The notes under the pieces: generated by a model
Database searches by the model: none
Told to the model about the DNA's origin: nothing
What the model saw: only the letters and a program-made list of their open reading frames with translations
Shown here: in pieces, positions 13,465-26,722 of the stretch
Layout: every line of letters starts with the position of its first letter
How positions within the stretch are numbered: the first letter of the stretch is position 1
Made by a program: the position numbers and the translations under genes
NCBI GenBank assembly: GCA_951406725.2
Contig: OX597825.1
Location: 7,874,001 to 7,938,000, forward strand
Direction: 5' to 3'
DNA: 64,000 bases
DNA from: Octopus vulgaris
Lineage: Eukaryota

Positions 13465-14686
13465 GTACAGCTATTTGGGAAGTGTTCTGTGTTGATAAAC
13501 CAAACTGTTGCATCGTGCAAAACAAAAACCGTTTTCTTCAGGTGAATTCAGAGTAAAAAATAACTAACAGTATTCTCTACGAAAATAACGTAATGCAAGT
13601 TGACCCTCCCATCTAGTTTACGGTTGAGAGAAAGACACACACATACACACACACGCGCGCGCGCGCAAATACACATACACACGCGCGCGTGTGTGTGTCG
13701 TTCTGTGTGTATGTGTGTCTGGCTGTGAACTACTACAGGATGGTTGCATGTAAGCCAATTACAATTCGAAGTTCTTCGATTATTTTGATTTTCGAATTTC
13801 ATATTTTTGTAATATTCTCATCGTTAGCTGAGAGCCTGATTCTATTAAAGATAACTCTTATGGAATGGTGTCGTTAAAGCGAATGCTGCTAAAATTGCTT
13901 CTATATTTATCGCTTAATAGAAAGAATATCTCAAATAAATTGTATTATTATAATCCCCAACATTAACGGTATCATAACTTGTAATTTGCATTACACCCAC
14001 ATTTTCTCGGACACTTCGAATTTGTCTTGCAATATCCATCGTATACGAACGTATAGTAAATAAAAAAATATTCTTTGCTACAGAAACATGTAAAATAGTT
14101 TAAAATCGTATGTAGTGATTCGTCACACGTAATTATACTTTCAGAATTGTTCAGAAGCAATTTTACTTTTATTAGTAAAATATGTTTTGAATTTAAATGA
14201 AAAGAAACAAGCATTTAAACGTTAAAATACGTACATCACGCGTTTATTTTTTGTGTTTCTATAAGCACTGGAAATAATCCAGTATGTTTTTGTTATCTGT
14301 ATACGCTATAAATATTTTTATAATGATATACACAGTTAAAAACAGAATCTATGTATTTATATCTATATAACTAATTTTCAGATATTTATCTTCATTACGT
14401 GAATTACAAGCGGTGGTGAAGCTCAATCACAATATGAGCTTGTAATCTTCAGAGCACCATCTATTAATCTCTCTCTCTCTCCCTCTCTTTCTTTCTATGT
14501 ATGTATATTGTTATGGAATATTCTGTTACGGACATTGTAAAGCATGGCATAAAGCTCATCCACTTTCTGATTTCACACTGTGCTATGCAGTGGTAATATT
14601 ATGAATACACCCAGGTTTGCGTTTGGGTAGCTTTTGTGCGTGAATACATAAATGAAAAGATGTTGACTCCAAACGTTTTCAATGAT

Positions 14687-14801
<115 letters not shown>

Positions 14802-14960
14802 GTGTGTTTGTGTGTGGGTGCGTGTGCGTGTTGTGTATGTGTGAGTGTGTATGTGCGTGTATATATATATATATATATTGTGTGTGTGTGTGTTACTTGC
14901 TTTATATTATTTATTGATTGATATTTTTATGTTTCAGCTTCTGTACGTGACTGTTTAATC

Positions 14961-15630
14961 ATGCCATATATAAAAGAAGCCTTGGAAGTGTCTGAATTTC
15001 GAAGTGGCCGTATGGTGGGTCATTCAAGAATTTGATGTGAAAAGATTGCAGCCAATAATAAAACACGACAGCTCTTTTCTGATGGTGTGGGGGTCAATTT
15101 GGAGCAATGGTTCATTTGCGCTGATGGTGTGTGATGGAAACATAATCTCAGATAAATAAATGTCTATATTGCAGAAAGGACTCCTTCCAATCTTCTCCAC
15201 TGGTGAAATGATTATAGAAGATACTTTCTTTATGGAGAAAGGGGCTATTTGTGACACGGTTAAAATGACTCAAGTTTTGTTGGCTGAGAATGATATTAGA
15301 AAGCTTTCATGGCCAAGCAAGTCACCAGATATGGACCCTATTGTACACCTCTCGGACATAATAGACATGACACCCCATAAAACGAACTAGAAAATATCTT
15401 CAAAGCCAGATCCTTTGAGATTACTGCATGAAACTTGGCAAGAAATTCGGAAGTGAATATTCGTCATCTGATCAGCAACATACTTAATAGGGTCCTTCCA
15501 TAAAAAAATACAGGGGAGAAGTATACTAAATATTAAATATTCACATTATAACAATTAATAATTAATTTGAACGTATAATATCAGATTTAAATAAATTTTA
15601 ATGATTATAAGGGTGTCTATTTACTTCTAC
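14961..15630 (+). mobile_element. Decayed, internally deleted Tc1-like (DD34E) transposon
   Basis: MPYIKEALEVSEFRSGRMVG (HTH start); LQPIIKHDSSFLMVWGSIW...WPSKSPDMDPIVHLSD; ends ...TKY* at 15536. Confidence 0.85.
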
Positions 15631-15661
<31 letters not shown>

Positions 15662-16739
15662 TGTATAGAAGGAGTTATAATTCATGCTGTGTCCTGCACT
15701 TTCGAGCAATCCAAAAAATGTCTATAGATGTTATTTTTTAAATGAGGCCGACATACCAAGTGAAAGTTCTGGTGAATCATATTTGTAGAGTAGGTAAGTA
15801 TATATTACAAAAAAAAAAAAAAATTAACATACCAAGAAATTTTTCAGTCTGTTTAAATACATGTTCATACAGACGAACACACACAAACACAAAACACACA
15901 CACATACATACATACAAACAAACAAACATACATGCATGCATGTATGCATACATACATACACACACACATATATATACATACATACATACATGCATACATA
16001 CATATATACATACATACATGTAAATGGAGAAACGAAAGAAAGGACACTCAAGACATTGATGCATTATTCAAAACAGTTTGATTCCGATTCCGTGCTACAT
16101 TATGTTTCAAAGCCTCTAACTGGTTCTTTCTTGTCAGATCTTATAAAGCGATAGCTTTATTCAAAATACAGTCAACAACGTTGGCTGATTGGAAACTGGG
16201 GTAAGAATAGTCTGTTACACAGAGAGAGTATTGCATGGATATCCTTAGAAAATAGTACGAAGTATTAATGTGACTGTTCAAGTATGCAACAAGCGACTGC
16301 CAGTTACAGAAAACTTTCACGATTCCGATCAGCAGCAGACGATGGAGAGTAAATTAATTATAAAGAAAGAAAATGAATGAGAAGTGTCCTAAAATGTCCA
16401 CAATGAAGACTTTAAGGAACAAAAGCAAGTAACATTGAAAAATAGAAGGGTTAGAAATGAAAGAAGAAACACAAGTTTACTGTTGAAAGGAAATATTCAG
16501 AGAGCACAAACCATGAAGTTTTGAGAACGATACATACATACATACATACATACATACATACATACATACATACATACATACAATGACACATGCATACATA
16601 GAGGCGTACATGCATGCATACATTCATGCATACGTACATACAAACATAAATTGAATGAGACATACGTATATACATACATACACGTGTGTTCGTGTTCCTG
16701 TATGTGTGTGTGTTTCGTAGTAAAATATGAAGAGCATCT

Positions 16740-18450
16740 GATTCGCAGAAGACAAAGAAATGCAAATATTAATGAAAATAGAAATGCAAAAGTTGATATG
16801 TAATAGATTGAACGATAGGTTTTAAGAAGATATGCTTTGTCATTTCTATGGGATTACAATATCGCACTGTCAGACATCTTTTATCAGTGCGCCGCTTCGA
16901 TGATAAATTCAATAACTGCTGTCAGAAAGACAACATAATATTGTCTGACTAAAGAGAAATACCATTTTGTGTTAGTAATTGAATGAACAAGACAAGGAAC
17001 TCTGATAATAATGTCTTCAATGACATCAGATTTTGCTACTTCGTAATTTTCTAAGTAGCACGATTACCTCACGTATTTTATGCTCAGATTTTGGGGCTGT
17101 GTTATCTTCTAGTTCGTGGTTAAATGTATACATCGTACCGGCAATTAGTATCTTATTGGGAGAAAAATTCGACATTTTGCCCACTTCCGCTTGTATGTAT
17201 TTGGATTGAAAAGGGCCCTGATATTTGACTTGAGCATGAAAGTATTGAACCCTGCATCTTCCAGGCTTTATTAAGTTAATTCACGACAGCAAAAATTGTT
17301 TAAGACTTCGCATAAGATATGCCAGGAAAAGCTATGATAACTATCAAGAAGGAATAGAACATAATATTCCAGCAATGGTGTTATATATGGCGTTGAAAAG
17401 AAAACGATAGAATTACCGAAAAAGTTATAAATTTCTAACAATTAAAGAAGATGCAAATTCTATAGAAAAACTGATGGAGAGCAGCGTCTGCATGTGACTT
17501 TCATGTCTGCTACGAAATCAGAAAACCCAGATACTTAGCACTAATGATAACCCAATGACTTGTATATCAATTTATTCCTACGAAGACAGGAACCAATATT
17601 GAAAATTAATCCTGAACTCAATAACAACAATTGTTGTACCAATATTGATATGTTTGAATAAGTTTACCGAAACATCAGTAAAAGTTGAATACAATAGACT
17701 TGTTCAAACTGAGGCGAATGCTTCGGATTATATGATATATATCAATCGGTCCATCTCTCAGAGTTGAACAACATCCTAGACATAGTGATCAAATGATTAA
17801 TGTTGCTTTTGATGTGAGATCTCATGTAAGGGCATATAGGTACTTTGCCAGCAACATTATAAGAAGATCAAAGGAAAAAATCTTACAGTGATATTGTATC
17901 TAAGGTGAGAATATCTGGGAAGTCAAATTTATTTACCACTATTACACATACAATACTTACTGGGATGAAATTAAGGTTAATCTCTTTGTTGGACAATTCC
18001 CTTCAAACAGACCAGATAAAATCGCCAGATTCTTTAAGATAAAATTATAAGAATTATCGATAGATATCTTCGAAAATGGTATTCTAACATTTTCAAGAAA
18101 TGAGAATGCCTAATACTCCTATTGTGTTCGTCTTGGACAAAGAAAATAATTTCATAAGGAAGGAAAAAGAGAAAATGTAATATACGAAGAAAATATCTGA
18201 TCTGTGTGGTGAGTAAATATTTAAGGAAACTGTTAGGAAATGCAGGATTCTCTGTCCCAGTGGAAATATATATTCTGTTGTACCATGATGCACAGAATAT
18301 AATAAATGGAGTTAAAGTTACTTTAGGGATTTCAAGGAGCAAATATGTGAAAATTGGCAACCATGCAGTTGACAGCAGATAGATTCGTAGAATTCATCCA
18401 TAAGTCATAGAAAAACTGATTCAAATATGAAAATAGCTATAATCTGGGTA
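16740..18450 (+). mobile_element. Heavily decayed Helitron Rep (Helitron_like_N / HUH) coding remnant
   Basis: Ordered frameshifted motifs: FNNCCQKDNIIL (~16908), DNPMT, VKVEYNRL (~17678), GKSNLFTTI..YWDEIKVNLFVGQFPSNRPDKIARFFKIKL (~17917-18050), FQEMRMPNTPI (cf. EFQKRGLPHAHIL), SVVP. No helicase part recognised. Confidence 0.8.
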
Positions 18451-18790
18451 CTATTGAATTTCGGATAAAGTGGAATTCCCATGCGGTTACTTGGCAGCTG
18501 CTCCTGTTGGTTTGGGTTTCTAATGCAAAAAAATAATTGCTTCTAAATATTACAAATAAAGTTTTCTGCAGAAAAATATATTTATAAACAAAAAATTCTC
18601 AATAAAAATAAAATAAAGGCTTGTACAGCAGGCTTTAATATAAGGTATTGGGTAGACTAGAGAGAAATAAGCAGTAGAGTGTATAGCGCAATCTGTTACG
18701 GACTGGAGTGTGAGCGAATACAAAAGAATACAATGGAATAGTAAAAGATTTGCATGCATATTTTAAGAGGATCAGTTAAGGGTGATTTGG

Positions 18791-18903
18791 GGTCGACCTC
18801 GGAATCTTGGGGTTAGTAGCCCGCGCGCTTAACCCCTATGCCACATTCCCGTGGGTATATGGCGTAGTGGTTATCCGTCGAATGTAAATAATGTAAATAA
18901 TGT
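18791..18903. mobile_element. Head-to-head tRNA-derived palindrome with an (AATGTAAAT)-type tail
   Basis: Minus strand TGGCATAGGGGTTAAGCGCGCGGGCTACTAACCCCAAGATTCCGAGGTCGA (A-box, anticodon arm, B-box-like); plus strand TGGCGTAGTGGTTA starts just after the centre. Confidence 0.65.
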
Positions 18904-18985
18904 GCCCTAAAAACCAAGCCACGCGCCTTCACCTTCACATATAATATATATCGATTAAATACATTTGTGTAATTGATACATTGGA

Positions 18986-19620
18986 TGTAACATAGTGAGG
19001 TATGGCATCCACATAAGTGGCAGACTGTAAAAGGGAGAGTTAGTCGTGGGGTGGCACCTCGAGAAGGTGCCAGTGACCCATCAGCCTCCCATGGTTTCGG
19101 TGAAGACGTCGGCGGATAAATGTTGAATAATCTACAAGTACGGAGAGTTATAGATCAACGACTTCCGTACAAGCGAAAGATCTATACTATCAGACAACGG
19201 TTGGGTATCAACAGTAAAGTGACCTGCTACTTCGGGGCACAACCACCGGCAACCAAGCTCATTATAATCTTAAACACCACAAGGTACTTGGAGTGAATAT
19301 CCACAGTGACAGTCCAGTGGGGGAGACGACGCCAACCACCTTACATACCGTCGAAGACGTTACGTTCAGAGAAGTGGCGATGGACTGAATGTGACGGTAA
19401 CCAGAAGCTGCTGCCAAGAACTCTTCACACAGGCGACTGGCTCTCAGCAGTCGTGTTCAGTGCTGTACCCTGAGCAACAACAGGCTAAGGCAGCAGAGAT
19501 GATTTCTCAACATTACAGTTAACGTCCACCAACGACAGACTGCCAACGACGACGTCGTCGCATAGTGTTTATACGAAATTAAAGGAGCTCTCTGCCGTCG
19601 CTTCCTTTTTCCATAGCAAA
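18986..19620. other. GC/CpG-enriched unique segment, possible solo LTR
   Basis: Composition shift relative to flanks and a TGTAACA start; no TSD or matching terminus found. Confidence 0.25.
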
Positions 19621-20080
19621 ATCTCCATTTTTTAGCAACTTTCTGTCACTATTTTCCGAATATGAACTGCACGTTGAGCAAGTGTATGTGATCGGGTCAT
19701 TGTGGTTGTGAAATCTGTGTAGATTTCTTATGTGGAATCGTTCTGGAATGAATATACTGAGTGACTATAATTAGACAGATTTACTGGGATTTAACACACA
19801 CACACACACATACACACACACACACAAACACACAAACAAAAAAATACACACAAAAAAACACACACACACAAACACACACGCGCACACAAACACACACACA
19901 CAAACACACACGCACATACAAATACACACAAACACAAATACACACACACACACAAACACACACGCACATACAAACAAATACAAACACAAATACTCAGACA
20001 CACACATACACACACATAGGTGCGTTGGGGATTAACAGAGTGCAAATAGAATTGTGACTGGTTAAATTCCCCGTAATTTG

Positions 20081-20217
20081 TATAAATACACTTAATTAAT
20101 AAAGTTTTCAGTATGAATTATTTGCTGGTTCTGTTTAAACACGACACAAAAATAATTTGTGGCATGGTGTCAAAACTGACATAAATACGAAAATTGAGAT
20201 TTAGAACAAAAAAAAAA
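20081..20217 (+). repeat. ~140-bp dispersed repeat, copy 1 (copy 2 at ~21910-22050)
   Basis: TATAAATACAC..AATTAA..AAGTTTTC...AAAATAATTTGTGGCATGG..TCAAAA...TGAGATTTAGAA-polyA present at both positions. Confidence 0.75.
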
Positions 20218-20336
20218 TACATTAATTAGAAATCCGCATTTGCCACACGCAGGCACAACAGTACAGCTCGACTCGAATTATGATCAAATTTTTTTTTGTT
20301 TCACTTCGTGATGAGGGGTTTAAAAAACATAATCAT

Positions 20337-20742
20337 AGTCGCAGGAGTGGCTGTATGGTAAGTCGCTTTCTTAGCAACCACATTGTTCTGAGTTCAGTCC
20401 CACTGCGTGGCACCTTGGTCAAGTGTCTTCTGCTGTAGCCTCAGGCCAACCAAAGCCTTGTGAATGGATTTGGTAGACGGAAACTGAAAGAAGCCCGTCA
20501 TATATATGTATTTATATATGAGTGTGTTTGTGTGTGTATGTTTGTGTGCCTGTGTTTTACCCCCACCAGTGCTTGACAACCGATGTTGGTGTCTTTACGT
20601 CCCCGTAAATTAGCGGTGCGGCAGAAGAGAACGATAGGATTTACTAGGCGTACGAAGAATAAGTCTTGGAGTCAATTTGTTCGACCACAGGCAGTGCTCC
20701 AGCATGGCCGTAGTGAAATGACTGAAACAAGTAAAAGAATAG
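20337..20742 (+). mobile_element. Full-length SINE-B (tRNA head, CORE-like domain, internal microsatellite)
   Basis: GCAGGAGTGGCTGTATGGTAAG...CAGTCCCACTGCGTGGCACCTTGG.CAAGTGTCTTCT...GGAAACTGAAAGAAGCCCGTC-(TA/TG)n-...GGCAGTGCTCCAGCATGGCCG...GAAACAAGTAAAAG. Confidence 0.9.
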
Positions 20743-21149
20743 ATAAAATAAAATATATAAATAAAATTGCTTAAGGTTTGAGGATTTTTACTAATGTTAA
20801 ATGTAATTTTTTGTATCAGAAATCGCACAAAATAAATGAAACCAAACAAAATTTGACGATTTTTGCGGATGATTACGTCTTTCATCTTTCATAGAAAACT
20901 GTTAATCCCCAACATTTTCCTCCCGTCATGTTATAGAAGTCTCTGGACATGGCTTCATTTGTATGCAGCCATCTCATGACCCTGGACGATCCGAGTGTTT
21001 ACATGTCTTCTTTTTATACGTGCCCACAAAATTGTTTTCTACTCTAGGCACAAAGCCAGAAATTTCCGGTCAGGGGCCCAGTCGATTAGATCGACCACAA
21101 CATGCAACAGGTACTTAATTTACATACTTTCAAAGATTAGTCGGAGATG

Positions 21150-21320
21150 AATTTTAATATGAGAATATCTGAAATAACCTCGACTATTCTCACAAACGAG
21201 AATACTAAAAATGAACCCGACTGCTCTCAAAAAAAAATTAAGTAAAAAAAGAACGGAAAAATCATGTAGAATCTTTGTCCGGTACCAGATCGATTCCAAA
21301 ATCTAAGCAGTTCGTGTAGG
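21150..21320 (+). mobile_element. Internal fragment of the Helentron-like element at 23066-23430
   Basis: TTTTAATATGAGAATATCTG...CTCACAAACGAGAATACTAAAAATGAAC.CGACTGCTCTCAAAAAA is shared with 23140-23300. Confidence 0.75.
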
Positions 21321-22567
21321 TAAAAATAAATTCTGTTAAGTTTCAGATGTGAAAAACACTTTTCAGTCAATTTCATTTGCTGTGTACATGCACAAAATCA
21401 TTGTTGAACTCCATTTGTGATAGTCTGTTTAAGGTTCTCTCATTCTGAAATTAAGGAAAGAAAGAAATATCATTTGCAAGAAGCATATTTTAAACGAGAT
21501 CTTTGAGGCAGAAGGAGGTTCAATACCCAAGGAACTTACCTGAGAATTTAATTAAAGTAATAAAGAAAGGTATGTAAAAGATAACTTATTTTGGTTATAC
21601 TTTGGTGTCGGTAGACGACATCATTCACCCACGGAACCTTTTCCTGTAATGTTGATAAAAACACTGAAACAGAGGGTGACTGCGTCGTTTCTTCATAACA
21701 AAATTGTGAAGACAAATACCGAAGGAAGCCCTTAATTTGATACAAAATATCTGTGCATTTTTCTGTCGGCATTCGTGTTCTTTCTCAGGTGTGTGCGCGC
21801 GTTCACAAACACACACGCCCTCCCCCCCGCCACGCACACACACACACACAAATGCGTGCACGCACACACATACACACACACACAGAGGTTTGCTGCAGGT
21901 CAACATAGTATAAATACACATAATTAACGAAGTTTTCGGTTCAAATTATTTGCTGTCTCTGTATAAACACAACACGAAAATAATTTGTGGCATGGCATCA
22001 AAATTGAAATAGATATGGAAAGCTGAGATTTAGAAGAAAAAAAAAAAAGAAAAGTGTCGTTATGCCGAGGAAAAAACATTTTGCAGACACTTAGCTGGGG
22101 GTTTCTGATGAGGGCTTGATATTATTTCGTCTGCTGTTTCAGGAGATATTTACACATGGCCAGACGAACATATCCAATATATAAACCATCCGCAGTCTTG
22201 TGCATCTAAAAAGCGGGAATGAATGGGGAGTGGTGGCCATGGATGTTTTCAAAAAACATAAAAAATTTCCAAACATATTTTTTCCAGATTGTTAATCACC
22301 TTATTTTTCCACGTGGATTAAAGCAAATATTCAAAAAGAGAAAAATATAAAAATTAAAAACTAAAATTTTGAAAAGATATTTTCTTTTCTTTTGTTGTTG
22401 TTGTTGTTGTTTTCTTGGCAAGATCGTAATCTCCGATATCGAAGACTTTGGAATCCGAAGAAATTTTTGAAAGAATTTGGGGTCGGGATCGGGTAGGAGA
22501 CACCCGACCACCGGCCAAATGTTTATGCATACGTGTATTTTAATATTTATAAAGAACATAATTAATG

Positions 22568-22607
<40 letters not shown>

Positions 22608-23065
22608 TACAGAAAAAACTCGTTTCGCAAGGGAACAAATATAAGACGAGACAAGACAAAAACAAAACAATTTTACCTGAACAAATACAAAAACAAGCCA
22701 ATAATCACCGAGTTTCAAACATCACTAAACAGTTATTTCCGGAAATGTATTTACCAAAATATCCTTAAGCGGTTTGCAATATGAGAAAAAATATTTTAAG
22801 GAAATAATCGGAAGCGGTGTTTTGTCATTATCTTAACTCTATACGCTCAGTCCTGTCTCATAATATCAACGTCCATGTTTTAATGACAGTTCATGCCGGA
22901 TCGGTCATTGCCCAGGGCAATAAGGGCCACTTTACTCAGTGCGGAACCAGAGTGGGGGCGAAAATTTTACTTCTGGAACAAACACGCAAAAAGATGATCT
23001 TCCAGGTACCCAGAACCAAGAAAATCCTAATCGCATAATGACATCACTTAAAACAAAATATAAAT

Positions 23066-23430
23066 AATAAGAGCACTCAGGGAGTGCACACCTTCGCCAA
23101 GGCAACACGAACGTCCTCTCAACGATTAGCCAGAGATGATTTTTAAAATGAGAATACCTGCAATAAACTCGAATACTCTCACAAACGAGAATACTAAAAA
23201 TGAACTCGACTGCTCTCAAAAAATATGTAAAAAATACAACGGGAAAATAATGCAGAATCCGGTACCAAATCGATCCCAAATTCTAAGGAGTTCGTTCTAG
23301 GCACGAGGCCAAACATCTCTGAAAGTTTCATTTGAATCCATTCAGCGGTTCTTGAGATATCTTGTTCACGTAGAAGCAAACAAACACGACTGAAAACAAT
23401 ACCTCCGCCTTCGTTGAAGCGGAGGTAATA
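23066..23430. mobile_element. Non-autonomous Helentron/HINE-like element
   Basis: One end GAGCACTCAGGGAGTGCACACCTTCGCCAAGG; the other a stem-loop ACCTCCGCCTTCGTTGAAGCGGAGGT. Subterminal repeat plus hairpin is the architecture known for Helentron-associated elements. Confidence 0.6.
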
Positions 23431-23499
23431 ACTTCATTGTTTTAACGCACACTTCATGCTAAACTTTAACAGGCAATGAAGATCGAAGCCAGATAGATG

Positions 23500-25010
23500 A
23501 CAATAAACCAAATAATTTACATATAGATACCAAAAATGACAGAAGACTAACTGACGCTGAAGTTTACCAAATTGGATCACAAATATCTCGTAGTGGGCCT
23601 AATAAAACCAGTAATGAAGTAGATGAAATGGGTAACAGAATCACGGAGCTAATTGAGAACCTCTACCAAAATTTAAGAACGTCACAGAGAATAACAGTAA
23701 AATTATGATATATAATGTTGCCTTAAGACAGAGCTTAAGAAGCAAGGGAAATGATCTTGCAGACTGAAATAAGCTTATCAGTTTTACTGGGAAAGTAGTA
23801 ACTGCTCATCTAGGTATTAAGATTACAAAGTAAAAGGCCAGACTTATCAATAACCTCCTAAGTGGAAAGTAACAATGCAAAAAGAGATTGAATCTCTGCA
23901 GGCAGATGTATCGATTCTTGATGAACTTGCTACAGGATTAAATGTAAAAAAAAACGAAAAGCTAGAAAAATCAAACAAAAATATGTCAAATTTCTTATAA
24001 AACTCAATGCGCCGAAGTAGCCATTGAAACGGCGTATACAGTTGAAAGACCAGCAACTTAGAAGGTATGATAAAAGAAATAAATTTTGTTGGAATTCAGC
24101 TTTGAGCACGACATATAACCTATCATAAGATTTTTGAAATTTTTCGAAAAGTTTTGCGAATTTCTATTCTACACACTGGAAATCAAATGATTAATTGCAA
24201 GCAATAAAAAAACCCCCAGTTTGGTGTGTGATTTAAGGGCTGTTTAGCTATTTCCTGCAAGGGCAATACATTCTTCGAAGTCCTCGGACTGATGTAGATC
24301 AAGCAACAACAAATCCGTGTTTGAGAAGTCCAGGATAGAAAGCAGAGACTGAAGGCTTTATGCTGGCGGCAAAAGACAAAATCGTGTTAATCAGAAATTA
24401 CCTGTCTAATGTTATTAAATAGCAAAAACCAAAATTCAGTAGACTATCTTATTTTGGACTGTCCACTGCCAAATCTAAACAAACATGAAAATCGCCACCA
24501 TAGGGTAATTCAGTGTTTACATTGGAAAATATGTAAACATCACCAAATGGACAACTCTGCTAACCGTTATTAAACCATCCTGAGTCAGTTGTTCAAGGTA
24601 AAACTGTCGCCATCCTCTGGGATCACACGGTCAACACTAACAGAACAATTCAGACTATTCGACCAGACATAGTTATTACAGACAGGGAAGAAAATACTGT
24701 AGACAGACATATGTATATGTTATTCCCTCCACCCCACCACCACCACACAAAATAATTATACCTGACATGGAATTTAACAAGCTTGATGAATATAAGGACC
24801 TGGAAACTGGAATACAAAAGATGCAGCATCATAAAGCAAAAGCTGTCTTTGTTATTGTAGGTGCCCTTGATATGATAAAATCCTGGCAGGTTACCAAGCT
24901 GAGAACCAGCTAGGTAATCTGCAGGAGAACCATATTCCCACAAAATCGAAAAGGTTGTGTTGACAAGCACCGCCTATATCCTCAGAAAAAAAAACCCTTA
25001 TCAATTTAAA
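23500..25010 (+). mobile_element. R4/Dong-like non-LTR retrotransposon remnant (restriction-like endonuclease), RT largely deleted
   Basis: PPKWKVTMQKEIESLQADVSILDEL (N-terminal part); LILDCPL...RHHRVIQCLHWKICK (CCHC region); VAILWDHTVNTNRTIQTIRPDIVITD (RLE PD motif); KLDEYKDLETGIQKM...VIVGALDMI; EKVVLTSTAYILRK. Confidence 0.85.
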
Positions 25011-25659
25011 TGTCTGTGTAGTATTTTATGAACGTATTGCTGTCCTACCCTCCACGCCTCCTTTCCATAATCTTTCTGTTGTATTTAAACATCTCTGAAG
25101 CTTCGCTTGCCCCAGGGCACTGGGTTTAACCTGGCACGTGATTGCATCAAACAATCAGAATACAGAAATAACAACAACAGCAACAACTGCAATATTAATA
25201 ATGCATATCACTGAGAAAATTACTTCAAGCAATGAACAAAGAATACACAAGAACGTATAAGACGCAACAAAGTCAAGTTGTGAAAGTGAAAGTGTTATCT
25301 CATTGCTCGGCACAGAGTCGGCGGGTGGGTGTTGGTAATTCAGTTAAACATTGATAATAAAGGAATTAGATTTGCATTAATACCATTAATTAGTCTGGAA
25401 AAGAGATTAAGGGTTTTAGTTGGGAAGTCCTCAGAACATAACTGGACTACATTAAGTCTCCCTTTTCGGAACATATACATAGTGTACGGCTGACAATGGA
25501 AACAGAAGTCTAATGCAGGCTAAATTTCTAAAACACTTAATTTCATAATTTATTAACGAATGATTAAAATTGATGTTAATATAGTCACGTGATATGTAAA
25601 TATGCCTTTCATCTTGAGCTGAACATCAGTGTTTTGAATGTAACAGTGAAGATTCTTTA

Positions 25660-25975
25660 TAAGCCTAGTACTTATTCTATCGGTTTCTTTTTACCGAGCC
25701 GCTAGGTTACTGGGACATAAAATCACTAGCATCGGTTATCAAGCGATGGTGAGGGGACAAACACACAAACATATGCACACACATACTTACATACATACAT
25801 AAAACATACGTGTGTGTGTATATATATATATATACGACGGGCTTAATTCAGTTTCCGTCTACCAAATCCACTCACAACGCTTTGGTCGGCCCGAGGCTAT
25901 ATAGAAGAAACTTGCCCAACGTGCCACACAGAGGGACTGCACCTAGAACCATGTGATTGGTAAGCAAGCCACTCC
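25660..25975 (-). mobile_element. SINE-B copy
   Basis: Reverse complement of the SINE-B body (CGACGGGCT..TTCAGTTTCCGTCTACCAAATCCACTCAC...GCTTTGGTCGGCCCGAGGCTATA). Confidence 0.85.
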
Positions 25976-26280
25976 TGGACAAATCATGCCGTGAAGAACT
26001 GCATTTTTTCACATAAAGGTTTGGTAAAATAAAGTGCCAGTCAGCTACCAGGGTCGATGCAATTGACTTCTTGCTCCCCTCAAAATTAATATTTTAAATT
26101 ATTAAAATATTGAAGTTGTTAGATAACTCGTGTTTGTCTCGAGTCTTTCACTGCATTTTAATAGCCGCGTAGTAGATTAGTTTTCTACCGATCCTAGATA
26201 CGAATTTATCGCTTTACATCTAGAATATCTTCAAAAAAAGTTTATTTCTTAAGCACATGCTTCTTTATTTTCTCTGTTTT

Positions 26281-26288
26281 ATACACAT

Positions 26289-26353
<65 letters not shown>

Positions 26354-26472
26354 TATATGTATATGTATGTATACATATATACATATATATGTGTGCATAT
26401 ATATTTATATGCATATATATATATATGCACACATATATATGTATATATATATATATACATATACATATATAC

Positions 26473-26533
<61 letters not shown>

Positions 26534-26665
26534 CATGCATACATATATATTTATACATACATACATATCTATATAAATACATACATATATATATATACAT
26601 ACATATATATATATGTATACACATACATGCATACATACACACACATATATATATATATACATACA

Positions 26666-26722
<57 letters not shown>
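26281..26722. repeat. (TA)n/(CATA)n compound microsatellite
   Basis: Directly visible. Confidence 0.95.

Noticed and set aside
18791-18850. Functional tRNA-Ser(ACT) gene
   Set aside because: The acceptor 3' strand and T-arm are incomplete, there is no long variable arm, and it is embedded in a repeat-like palindrome
22100-22140. CTGATGAG hammerhead-like start
   Set aside because: No stem II or GAAA box downstream; the same applies to CTGATGA at ~46722 and ~55867
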